DNA of 46,727 nt from the NCBI GenBank assembly GCA_050633305.1, contig JBOEGF010000049.1, forward strand, positions 1 through 46,727, read 5' to 3'. The stretch is from Nannocystales bacterium (lineage in GTDB: Bacteria; Myxococcota_A; Polyangia; Nannocystales; Nannocystaceae). The notes beneath the pieces were generated by a model. That model worked only from the letters and a program-made list of their open reading frames with translations. It was not told the DNA's origin and searched no databases. Positions 27,286 through 35,827 of this stretch are shown one piece after another (positions within the stretch are counted from its first letter, which is position 1; the number at the start of each line of letters is the position of its first letter). Position numbers and translations under genes: made by a program.

Positions 27286-27523
27286 GGCCGAATCCGACTC
27301 CGGGTCGCTTCAAGGCATGGATGCGGAACGGACGCGCTCGAAGAAGGGGGCCGAGTTCGGGAAATGTGTTCTCGAGTCCAGCGCGGCCGACGACGAGCTG
27401 CGCGGCGAGATGCTCAAGCAGCCGGTACAGGTCATCTTTGCTGCTCTCGTCGGCACAGGTTTCTTGACCTGCGGTTTTGCGGAGTTGTTCGCGAAGTAGT
27501 AGGAGGTGGCGCTCCCGAGCCGC

Positions 27524-28504
27524 TCAGCGTTTCGGATACGACATCGCGACGTCGCAGCGGGTGTATCGGGGCCCGAAGCGCTTTCGCACGGCGGCGTCGT
27601 GCACGAAGCCGTACTTCTCGTAGAGGTGGATCGCGGCTTCGCACTTGGCGTTGGTCAGCAGGAAGAGCTCGCCCATCGTGCCCTGCGCTCTCATCTCGGC
27701 GGCGCGTGCGAGCACGGCTTGCAGGAGGAACGCGCCGGCTCTCTTGCCGCGGGCGCTGGCGGTCACACCCATCTTTGTCAGCTCGAAGGACGTGCCCTCT
27801 GAGGGCATCAAGGCGCAGGTGCCCACGATGCCAAGGTCTTCCGCTTCGACGAAGAGGATCTCGCCGCCGCGGTCGATGATCATGCCGCGTGGGTCGTCGA
27901 TGATGGCCTTGTCGTTGGCCTCGAGTGTGAACATGTCCTCGACCCACGCGCGGGTGATCTCGGCGAAGGTCCCAGCAAGGCTGTCGTCGTACGGAAGGAT
28001 ACGCAGCGGCGGGGTGCGGGCGTGGACCCGATCCTCGAGCGAGGAGGACTGCATGGCGTCTTCGACCCTGCAGATCAGCGTGAGCAGATCCGCGGGCGGT
28101 CCTTCGGCAAGTGCGGCCGCGGCTGCGTCGATGTGAGGCCACAGGTCGCGTTGCATGCGGGCGAGCAATGCTTGGCCTTCGGGGGTGAGGCGGATGCGTT
28201 TGACTCGGGAGTCGCTGGGGTCGCGTTGGGTCTCGACCAGGTCGGCGGCGATCAGACTGCCGAGGGTTCGTGTCACCGCGGGCTGGCTCACTCCGAGGGC
28301 TTCGACCGCTTCGGTGACCGTGAGGGGACCCCGAGCGTCGAGGGCAGCCAGCAGGGGGAACTGAGCCGGCTTCATCGGATATCCCATCCGCGCGTGGGCC
28401 TTGGCGGCGTCGGCCTGAAGCTGCTCTGCGAGGCGCTTGAGACGACTACCGAGAGCTAGATAGCCGAGATTACGCAGGATGTCGGAATCGGCGGACACGC
28501 GCAT
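27524..28504 (-). CDS. bifunctional MarR-type HTH / GNAT acetyltransferase
   Basis: LGSRLKRLAE...LGVSQPAVTR...DSRVKRIRLT; C-half FELTKMGVTASARGKRAG...AIHLYEKYGF. Confidence 0.92.
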   Translation of the reverse strand: MRVSADSDILRNLGYLALGSRLKRLAEQLQADAAKAHARMGYPMKPAQFPLLAALDARGPLTVTEAVEALGVSQPAVTRTLGSLIAADLVETQRDPSDSRVKRIRLTPEGQALLARMQRDLWPHIDAAAAALAEGPPADLLTLICRVEDAMQSSSLEDRVHARTPPLRILPYDDSLAGTFAEITRAWVEDMFTLEANDKAIIDDPRGMIIDRGGEILFVEAEDLGIVGTCALMPSEGTSFELTKMGVTASARGKRAGAFLLQAVLARAAEMRAQGTMGELFLLTNAKCEAAIHLYEKYGFVHDAAVRKRFGPRYTRCDVAMSYPKR

Positions 28505-28526
28505 AACAAGGTATATAACATGGTAT
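28503..28526. promoter_or_regulatory. putative MarR operator (two tandem 12-bp near-palindromes)
   Basis: ATAACAAGGTAT-ATAACATGGTAT overlapping the start of the regulator gene. Confidence 0.65.
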
Positions 28527-28548
28527 GTTTTGCGTGTCCGCCCCGGAG

Positions 28549-29076
28549 TTACCGGCGGACGGCGTACTCTGAAACGAGCACGCCGCTGTCGTACGTGTTG
28601 GATCCCAGCAGCTCCAAGGAGCGCGCGACCGTGGACGCGAACAGCGGAACCCCGCGTCCAAACACGACCGGGTAGCGCTTGATCGTCACACGATCCACGA
28701 GCCCGGCGTCGAGCAAAGACCCAGCAAGCCGGCCACCGCCGCACAGCCAGATCTGCCCACCTTCCCGTGCCCGTAGCTCGGCCACTGTTTCCTCGGCCGA
28801 GCCGCCGTGCACCGAGACCTCTGAAGCGGCCTCTGCAGGGAGGCGGCTGGAAAACACGTGGGTGTCGAGCCACGGGTAGGGGTTGTGGACTCCTTGTTGC
28901 CGGCCGACCTCGAACGTGTCGTGTCCCATCACCACGGAGTCATAGCGCTCCTTGATTCGAGACAGAAACAGCTGGAGCTGTTCCTCATCCGGGGTGAACG
29001 CGTCGAACGAGCCGTCCTCGCGGGCGATGTATCCGTCGACGCTTGCAGCAACGTAGTACTCGAGAATTCTAGGCAT
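28549..29076 (-). CDS. dihydrofolate reductase / RibD C-terminal family protein
   Basis: AASVDGYIA, VVMGHDTF, IWLCGGGRLA...AGLVD...PVVFGRGVPLF; GGAGA SD. Confidence 0.9.
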   Translation of the reverse strand: MPRILEYYVAASVDGYIAREDGSFDAFTPDEEQLQLFLSRIKERYDSVVMGHDTFEVGRQQGVHNPYPWLDTHVFSSRLPAEAASEVSVHGGSAEETVAELRAREGGQIWLCGGGRLAGSLLDAGLVDRVTIKRYPVVFGRGVPLFASTVARSLELLGSNTYDSGVLVSEYAVRR

Positions 29077-29334
29077 GGTGTCTCCGGCCGCGGAGAAACA
29101 CGTCCGAACCCCCATCAGCCTCTTTCGAGTCGACGGGGCGCGGCATGAACGGACGAGGCCACCGTCGGATGCGTCGCATCCGGTGGCATAGAGGAGGTGC
29201 CGCCACTTTGAAACGGCGGTACGAACCAACTCGATCGTCAGCAGTTCATGGCCCTGAAAACGTACCAGCGCGTGCGCATGGTCGTCAAAGCCCGCCCGAA
29301 CGCGTGGCTGTTGGGGCGGCCTCTGAGGTTCGAA

Positions 29335-30999
29335 TCAGTGGGAACGCCGGGACGATGCGCCGCTGACCGTCACCGGGGAGGCGAGGGACTCTTGCAGGGC
29401 CTCGGCATCCATGAGCGCGGCGACATCGATGTCCGCGAGCTCCGTTGCTTCCACCGCGATCGGTTCGGCCGGGGAGATCGGCGTGATGGTATCCGCATCG
29501 CAGCAAGGGCCTCCGTTGAGGAACTGCTCCATGACCGCTTCGCGGTGCGGGAGGAACTCGTCTCGTACCGCGGCTGAGACCGGGAAGCAGGGGCTGTCGC
29601 CGTCGCCGCAGCCGAAGTTCCCCGCGAACTCGCTGGTGTGAACGAACCCCGTGGGGATGCCGGTGACTCCATTGCCCAGGTCGACTCCACCACTACGTAG
29701 GTGGCAGCCGATGCACCCTCCGGCGAACTCGGCTCGGCGCGCGATGTGAATGGGTTCGAGGTCGCTTGCCGGGTCGTTCGCCAAGATCTCGGCTTTGATC
29801 CTTGCCTGCAGCGAATCAGGATCTTTGGGCGACCCCCCTGCCAGGAGCGCGGCTGCATAGTCCATGACCGGTCTGTTGGGGCTCTCGGCGGCCAGGCACT
29901 CCGGCGGGACGCTGACCGCCATGAGGTTGAGGTCGTCGGCCATCAGGTGTTGGACCGTGTCGACGAAAGCCTGCTGACAGGTTTCCGCGAAGGGAAGCGC
30001 CATGCCGTTCTCGTCCACGAAGGTGTCGTTCCACAGTGGACCGAACGGGTTCGCCGCGACGGGAACCTCGACCATGCGAAGCACGCTGGGTTCGAATGGC
30101 TTGGTGAGGTCTGCGCTGATTCCGGTGCTCGGGTCGGCAACCGCGACGGCCTTGAACTCGCGGAGAGACCACGGGCCCTGGTCGAAGTTGTTGGTGCGGA
30201 TCTGTCCCGTACCGAAGGTCATGTTCCGCTGGCTCATGAACGGCCCGAAACCATCCGCGAGCAGACCCGGGTGGCCGGAGATGAAGGCTGCCTCGAGCTC
30301 CTGTGCTCGCTTGCCCGGGTTCCCCGAGAGATCCGCCCAGAACCGTTGGACGGGCTCACACGCATCGATTCCGCAGCCCGGGTCCGGGTTGGGGATCTGC
30401 GCCTCGAAGATCGTGAAGAACCGACCGCCCTCGTTGTTGGCGAACACAAGCCGCGCTTCCCCACAGTGGCTACCGTCCGAGGGCGCGAGGTCGAAACGGT
30501 TGACCGCTGCGATCGGGCGCCATCCATCGAGGTTGCCGATCTGATCTCCCTCCGCGCGGGGGCAAGACTCGTACGGGTAGCCGTTGATGCCCGGTTCCCC
30601 ATCAAACGCTTCGAAGTCGTCGCAGTGTTGGCCCAGGCCCAATCCCGGTCCTTCGTTGTATGTGTCGACGAACTGGTCGTGGGTGAGCTCGGCCTGCGGG
30701 GTCAGCCCGGCGTCCGTGGCCATGCTGGTGAGCACGGCCTCCATCGAGAGCTGGGCGAGCGCGGCTTGGCTGGTCTCGAACAGCGAACGGCGAGGGTTGA
30801 CGTCGGTCTTCTGGCCCGTGTCGTCGCAGCCGGGCCCGCCACCGTCGTCGTCACCGAGTGTGACGTTGGTGGTGTAGCCCCGAAGCGAGGATGCGGACTC
30901 TCGACCGTCTGCACATCCGGTGACGAGGAGCAGCCCTAGGGCGAGCGTTGTGGTGGCTTGAAGGAGGGCGGGAGTCGGGGGCGTTGCGGAGCGTTGCAT
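29335..30999 (-). CDS. lipoprotein with a single c-type heme motif
   Basis: Lipobox VTGC; CIGCH near the C-terminus; additional Cys pairs. Confidence 0.75.
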   Translation of the reverse strand: MQRSATPPTPALLQATTTLALGLLLVTGCADGRESASSLRGYTTNVTLGDDDGGGPGCDDTGQKTDVNPRRSLFETSQAALAQLSMEAVLTSMATDAGLTPQAELTHDQFVDTYNEGPGLGLGQHCDDFEAFDGEPGINGYPYESCPRAEGDQIGNLDGWRPIAAVNRFDLAPSDGSHCGEARLVFANNEGGRFFTIFEAQIPNPDPGCGIDACEPVQRFWADLSGNPGKRAQELEAAFISGHPGLLADGFGPFMSQRNMTFGTGQIRTNNFDQGPWSLREFKAVAVADPSTGISADLTKPFEPSVLRMVEVPVAANPFGPLWNDTFVDENGMALPFAETCQQAFVDTVQHLMADDLNLMAVSVPPECLAAESPNRPVMDYAAALLAGGSPKDPDSLQARIKAEILANDPASDLEPIHIARRAEFAGGCIGCHLRSGGVDLGNGVTGIPTGFVHTSEFAGNFGCGDGDSPCFPVSAAVRDEFLPHREAVMEQFLNGGPCCDADTITPISPAEPIAVEATELADIDVAALMDAEALQESLASPVTVSGASSRRSH

Positions 31000-31014
31000 G
31001 GTGAGGCCCCGACT

Positions 31015-31043
31015 CTTTGCAGCTCGGCCCCGAGATCTGATGG
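31015..31043 (-). promoter_or_regulatory. putative ECF promoter CCATCAGATCTC-N11-GCAAAG
   Basis: Same motif and spacing at 31744, 35779 and 40411; 15 nt before ATG. Confidence 0.65.
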
Positions 31044-31049
31044 CCCGAT

Positions 31050-31628
31050 TTAGTTGAAGTCTGGGGGATCTTCGAACTCGCCGTTCGCGTTGTTGACGTA
31101 CTTCAGTTGTACATAGACCGGGACCTTTTCGTGGACGATCACGAGGGTGGCGGTTCCTGTGCCGAAGTGCGCTTCGGAGAGGTGATCGGCATTGTCCGGA
31201 AGCATCCCGTGGATCGGAAGGGTGTAGCCCTCTCCCGGCCCCTGCACCACGGTGCCGAACTGGCCGCGCAAGTGCCGGTAGAAGAACGAGCCGGCCTCGG
31301 TGAGGTCGGAGATCGACTGGCCGAGTTCAGGATCCAGATAGACCGCGAAAACACCACCAGTGATGTTCCCTGCCCCCGGGGTTCCACCGGATACGGTCCA
31401 GTGGCTGCCGCACTTCGGACAGAAGATGTCGGGGCTCCCTCTGTCTGCGTCGATGACCCCGGGTAGGGGCCCGTCGTTCGGGCCTTCATCAAAGCCCTCG
31501 AACTCAGCCGACCGAAACGCGCCGTCGCATTCCTCCGCCGGGACATCACACCCTGGCAGGGCGGCAGCGAGCCCAATCGCAGCGATCCATCGAGAACACG
31601 CACTCCACCGAACAAACCCAGACGCCAT
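31050..31628 (-). CDS. hypothetical lipoprotein
   Basis: Lipobox LPGC; CPKC motif; good codon bias. Confidence 0.7.
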   Translation of the reverse strand: MASGFVRWSACSRWIAAIGLAAALPGCDVPAEECDGAFRSAEFEGFDEGPNDGPLPGVIDADRGSPDIFCPKCGSHWTVSGGTPGAGNITGGVFAVYLDPELGQSISDLTEAGSFFYRHLRGQFGTVVQGPGEGYTLPIHGMLPDNADHLSEAHFGTGTATLVIVHEKVPVYVQLKYVNNANGEFEDPPDFN

Positions 31629-31743
31629 CGCCTTTTTGTTCCCATGAACAACGTGGGGCGGGCAAGGCCGGAGTGGGGTTCTTGGGGGCTTTTCGCGGTG
31701 TGGAGCGACGTGACAGAGCTAGACGCACCTCGCCGTAACTACC

Positions 31744-31772
31744 CTTTGCTGGACCGACCCAAAACCTGACGG
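31744..31772 (-). promoter_or_regulatory. putative ECF promoter CCGTCAGGTTTT-N11-GCAAAG
   Basis: The 12+6 conserved bases are identical to the copy at 35779-35807. Confidence 0.7.
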
Positions 31773-31802
31773 TCCAGTCCGAGAAAAGCTTGGCAGTGGT
31801 TC

Positions 31803-34379
31803 CTAGCGCGACCAAACCCGGAGCGCGGCCAAGGGCGCACGAGTTCCCGGACCGCTGGCTTTTGACCAAACCTCGTGAAGCGCGACCGAAAGCTCCAGCC
31901 GCTGCGGCGTCTGGTCGGTGAATAGAGGGACCCCCACTTCCGCTGCCATCGCTGCTTCGAGAGGTCCGGTCGCGGCCAGGACCTCGCTCGTGCCCGCCAG
32001 GAGCAACGCGTGCGCGAGGCTCAGCCCACCGGTCCAGCTGCGTCCATCGGGGAACGCCACGTCGCAGCCCAAGAGCACCGCCGACCAAGGCACGGCATCG
32101 AGGCCGGACACGTCCTCGATGCCCCAGTAGGTGTTGTTTGCGACCAGCAGTGCTGTGCTCCCGACATCTCCCGCGTGCTCGAGCATTGCCGACCCTTCGG
32201 CCGAGACTCGTTCCCCATGCCCGAAGTAGACCAGCAACCCGCCCGGGTCGATGGCATCCTTCATCTTCGGGATCCGTGTGGAGGTTTCCAGCCAGCGCGG
32301 CCCCCATCCCCCCTGTTCCAGGGTGGAGTACACGCGACGGATGTCCGCGGCGTATCGCTGCAACGAGCGGTAAGGGTCGGCGTCCGCGAACACGACCGAC
32401 GCCGGTGCTGAGACCACCCGCCGTTGCGCCCGTAACGGATCGAGGTCGAGTCCGAAGGTGACGGGCCGCTGTTGGATGAGTGGTTCCCCACGCCACGTCA
32501 GGGCGTGAAGCGGGGCGTGCAGTGCCGCGTCGCTTGCGAGGATCCGAACGCGCCCTGCGGAACCGATCGCGTCTGTCCACGCATCCCACCAGTCGGTGTT
32601 CTCCCCGGTGCCGGGCGCCCTCGCATGGGTGACCCCGACCACCTGTTCTTCGACGATCTCGAAGACGTACCAATCATCTTTCGTTTCGGGGACGATCAAG
32701 AACACGGCCTCGCCATCACTGCGTGCCCACGGGCGCTCGCATGGCCCGCGTTCGACACCTGAGACGTGCTGTAGATCCAGAGCACGAAGTCGGGCCGAGC
32801 GAGCCGCACACGCGGCGCCCTCGAGATCGTCGTCATCGAGTCGGGCACGCATCAGACCCAATGCGCTGCGTCGATACGCGGACAGCCAACGCGCTCGCAG
32901 GGCGTCGGAGTTCACCCCGTCCCACAATTGGTCGAGCACGTCTTCCGCCGCGAGGTAGGCGAGCTGGGCTGCGGCGTTGTCATCTTTGGCGAGCGCAGCC
33001 CGAGCGAGAATCATGTGGCGCCGCCACCGTGCCTCCGGCTCCCCGTCCATCGCAAGCCTCTCCATGGCGAGTGACAACGACGGGACCTCGGAGAACCGCC
33101 GCTCCAAGACCGCAAGCTCGAGTTCGAGCTCCGCCGCCTGGGAGGCGTACTTTCCGTCGAGCCGCATCTTCGAGAGCTGCTCGACAGAATCCCGCAGGGC
33201 AGATGCGTCACCGCGGAGCGCCGCGTCGTATCCTAGCTTGGCGAGGTCGTGTGCGAGCAGGTAGGCGTTCTCACAGGCGCCTCCTGGGCGATGGGCGCGA
33301 CGCGCAAGTTCAAGGCCGGGGCGCGTTGCACCAAACCTCGGCGTCCCGTTTTGTCGCGCCCGGATCCGAACGAAGCCGAGCCACGACTCCAAGTTGGCCC
33401 GCTCGCAATGCCCGAGCACAAGCGCCTGAAGGGATCGAACTTCGCGCTCGGCCTCACTCCACCGACCCGTGCGGACGTACAGCTCCATCATGTTCTTGGA
33501 TGCCTCTACGCTCTGCTCCGGTAGCACCCGGGAGGCGACCGTACGCGCGTTGGAGAGCCGTACCTCAGCGTCGGCGTAGTCGGCTTCGCGCAGGGCTTGC
33601 TTGCCAACGTAGTGGTCGAACTTGGCATCGAGTCCGCTGGAGCGTCCCCGGCAGGACGCCTCGAGCGGCTTCCATCGTCGTGTGAGCTCGGAGTCTTGAC
33701 GAAATGTGCCCCAGTACACGCCGAGCAGAGCCGCCCCACAATGGACGCTCCACAAGCCGAGTTCTGCCGCGAGCTTCTCTTCGCGCTCGAGCAGCCTCAG
33801 CACCGCATCGGCTGAGCCGCCGGGGTCGCGCTTGTCGTAGGCGAGCAGGCGGGCGTAGTGGACCCTCGCGACCTCTTCCATCTCCGAGATACTTGGGCCG
33901 GCGAGCAGCGCATCGGCTAGCTCTGTCCGGTCCGCGGGAGACCGACTTGCAAGGGCTGCCTTCACCTCTGTCCCAAAGGCAAAGTTGTCGAGGACCACGG
34001 GGTCGGGCACGACCTGAAGCGTGAACAGGGGAAGCTCGTCGCTGTCTTCCGAGAGCGTCAGACTGTGCGGGCCGTCGTCCAACGCGGTTGTCTCGAAGGA
34101 GAACCGGACCCCGGAGTCGATGTCCTCCCGCGTAGGGCTGATGGGCGCCCCATCCAGGGTCCACTTCCAGGAGCGGCCGGCCTCGGCCACCCATACCCTT
34201 AGCTGGCCGTGTGAGATCTGACATCGTTGGTCGTCGACGAGCCGACACCCAGACCAGAGCACCTCCACCGCGGCGGAACTCAGCTCCGGCTCCAACTCGG
34301 GCTCGCTCAGACCATCGCATCCCGTACTGCAACCAACCGCGAGCGCCAGGGCCCGGAGCTGGCGGAGCCTAGGGGCCAA
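31803..34379 (-). CDS. lipoprotein with helical/TPR-like region and C-terminal CHAT (caspase-like, clan CD) protease domain
   Basis: LALAVGC/STGC lipobox; long helical repeats; PLHAL, LLVYFGHG (His), VLLGCD (Cys), GLSLAHALLLAGTSEVLA; TTG start inferred. Confidence 0.85.
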   Translation of the reverse strand: MAPRLRQLRALALAVGCSTGCDGLSEPELEPELSSAAVEVLWSGCRLVDDQRCQISHGQLRVWVAEAGRSWKWTLDGAPISPTREDIDSGVRFSFETTALDDGPHSLTLSEDSDELPLFTLQVVPDPVVLDNFAFGTEVKAALASRSPADRTELADALLAGPSISEMEEVARVHYARLLAYDKRDPGGSADAVLRLLEREEKLAAELGLWSVHCGAALLGVYWGTFRQDSELTRRWKPLEASCRGRSSGLDAKFDHYVGKQALREADYADAEVRLSNARTVASRVLPEQSVEASKNMMELYVRTGRWSEAEREVRSLQALVLGHCERANLESWLGFVRIRARQNGTPRFGATRPGLELARRAHRPGGACENAYLLAHDLAKLGYDAALRGDASALRDSVEQLSKMRLDGKYASQAAELELELAVLERRFSEVPSLSLAMERLAMDGEPEARWRRHMILARAALAKDDNAAAQLAYLAAEDVLDQLWDGVNSDALRARWLSAYRRSALGLMRARLDDDDLEGAACAARSARLRALDLQHVSGVERGPCERPWARSDGEAVFLIVPETKDDWYVFEIVEEQVVGVTHARAPGTGENTDWWDAWTDAIGSAGRVRILASDAALHAPLHALTWRGEPLIQQRPVTFGLDLDPLRAQRRVVSAPASVVFADADPYRSLQRYAADIRRVYSTLEQGGWGPRWLETSTRIPKMKDAIDPGGLLVYFGHGERVSAEGSAMLEHAGDVGSTALLVANNTYWGIEDVSGLDAVPWSAVLLGCDVAFPDGRSWTGGLSLAHALLLAGTSEVLAATGPLEAAMAAEVGVPLFTDQTPQRLELSVALHEVWSKASGPGTRAPLAALRVWSR

Positions 34380-35049
34380 CGACCCTGATCCGTGTCTCGG
34401 CGGTCTTGCAGCCGACCGAGGTGGAGTCCGGGCAGCCCGAAGGGCCGCCGTAGCGAACCTGCAAGGTCCAGACGCCCGGCGACAGGAGTTCAGCGATCTC
34501 TCCGTCGAAGACGACGGACCCATCGCGGCGCTGTGTCGCCAAGGGGACCGGTCGTAGGGCGCCCGACGAGTCCTGCGCGAACACCTCGGCGACAAGTCCG
34601 GAGTCCAGGGGCGCGTCGAAGGACAACTCCACGAAGAACGCGTCTCCGGGTCCGTAGGTGCGGACCGCCGGTGTGTCGCCGAGGATCCGCGCGGTGCCGC
34701 CGAGCTTGAGTTGGCCCGTGGGCACCGAGAACGCACCGATGGAAGGCGCCTCCGCGTCGGGTGGCGCTTGCCACAACACGATGGCGGCAGCGAGCGCGAC
34801 CGCGACACCGCAGGCCCAGGGAATCCAGCGGGGGACTCGCGGAGAGGGACTCGGGGCCTCGTCGGCTTGGGGCTCGGACGCGCGTAGCGACGCGGCCACG
34901 ATGGCGTCCATCTTCTCGCTCGAGAAGTCCGGGACGCTAGCCTCGAAGCCCTCCGCCTCGGCACGTTCGATCGCGGCATCCTGAGCGTCGAAGAGCCCCA
35001 TCTCGAGCAGGGCCTCTTCGACCGAGTCGTGTTCTACGTCTTCGCTCAT
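34369..35049 (-). CDS. single-pass membrane putative anti-sigma factor with periplasmic beta-sandwich
   Basis: Acidic N-terminus, TM WIPWACGVAVALAAAIVLW, beta-rich C-domain with a Cys pair; ATGA-coupled to the sigma. Confidence 0.75.
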   Translation of the reverse strand: MSEDVEHDSVEEALLEMGLFDAQDAAIERAEAEGFEASVPDFSSEKMDAIVAASLRASEPQADEAPSPSPRVPRWIPWACGVAVALAAAIVLWQAPPDAEAPSIGAFSVPTGQLKLGGTARILGDTPAVRTYGPGDAFFVELSFDAPLDSGLVAEVFAQDSSGALRPVPLATQRRDGSVVFDGEIAELLSPGVWTLQVRYGGPSGCPDSTSVGCKTAETRIRVVGP

Positions 35050-35696
35050 GGTGTTCCCCGACTCGCGCTGGGCTGTTCCTGTGACAGGAGACGGCTCGCG
35101 CGCCGTTTGAACCGGCTGCGCCATTGGTAGACGGCATCTCGGGTCATGTTGTGTTGCTCTCCAACGTCCTCGGCAGAGCGGTGCTCGACAAAGAGGCCCA
35201 CGTATAGGGCGCGGCCATGCTCGTTCTCTCCTGCGAGCAGGAGGTCCCGGACCTCCCAGAGCCAGAGCTGATGCAGGGTTGCATCTGAATCATCACCGAC
35301 CACCTCCACGTGGCTCTCTGTCAGGCGGTCCCTCCATGGGTTCTTGACCGACGAGCGAAACAGCTGGAGCACGTGGAAACGGACGACGCGGCGGAGGAAG
35401 CCCCGCAAGGACAGTCCGCGCTCGGGGTCCCAGGTTCGTATGACACGACCGCGGTCGGCGAAGAGCTTCAACATCACGTCCTGGACGACGTCTTCGCAGA
35501 GCGACGCGGGACTCCGGCGGTAGTGTCCGCTCCACGGAACGAGCTCTCGGGCGGCAAGCGGAGGCAGGAGGATGAGCAGCGCGCGGGCGAGTGCGTCGGC
35601 TCGAGGCCGACCCTCTGCGAAGGCCCCACGCACCGATGCTGGAGTCCAGCGGTCGGTGCCCACCAGCCGTGGGCGCGTGCTCGACATCGACGTCAT
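35046..35696 (-). CDS. divergent ECF-type sigma-70 factor
   Basis: EDVVQDVMLKLF...WDPERGLSLRGFL (region 2); FVEHRSAEDVGEQHNMTRDAVYQWRSR (region 4 HTH). Confidence 0.85.
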   Translation of the reverse strand: MTSMSSTRPRLVGTDRWTPASVRGAFAEGRPRADALARALLILLPPLAARELVPWSGHYRRSPASLCEDVVQDVMLKLFADRGRVIRTWDPERGLSLRGFLRRVVRFHVLQLFRSSVKNPWRDRLTESHVEVVGDDSDATLHQLWLWEVRDLLLAGENEHGRALYVGLFVEHRSAEDVGEQHNMTRDAVYQWRSRFKRRASRLLSQEQPSASRGTP

Positions 35697-35778
35697 GCGA
35701 GTCGACAGCCTACAGCACGTAACGCGTTCTCCAAGCCATTGATGGGATCCGTCTCGCGCCAAAAAAAATCGCAAGCCT

Positions 35779-35807
35779 CCGTCAGGTTTTCTCGAACGCT
35801 CGCAAAG
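35779..35807 (+). promoter_or_regulatory. putative ECF promoter CCGTCAGGTTTT-N11-GCAAAG
   Basis: 20 nt before the ATG of 35828, divergent from the sigma gene. Confidence 0.7.
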
Positions 35808-35827
35808 AGGGGGGGGGGAGACAATCG

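Noticed and set aside
27317..27499. 60-aa ORF with hydrophobic C-terminus
   Set aside because: No motif or clear SD; may be a gene remnant; insufficient support
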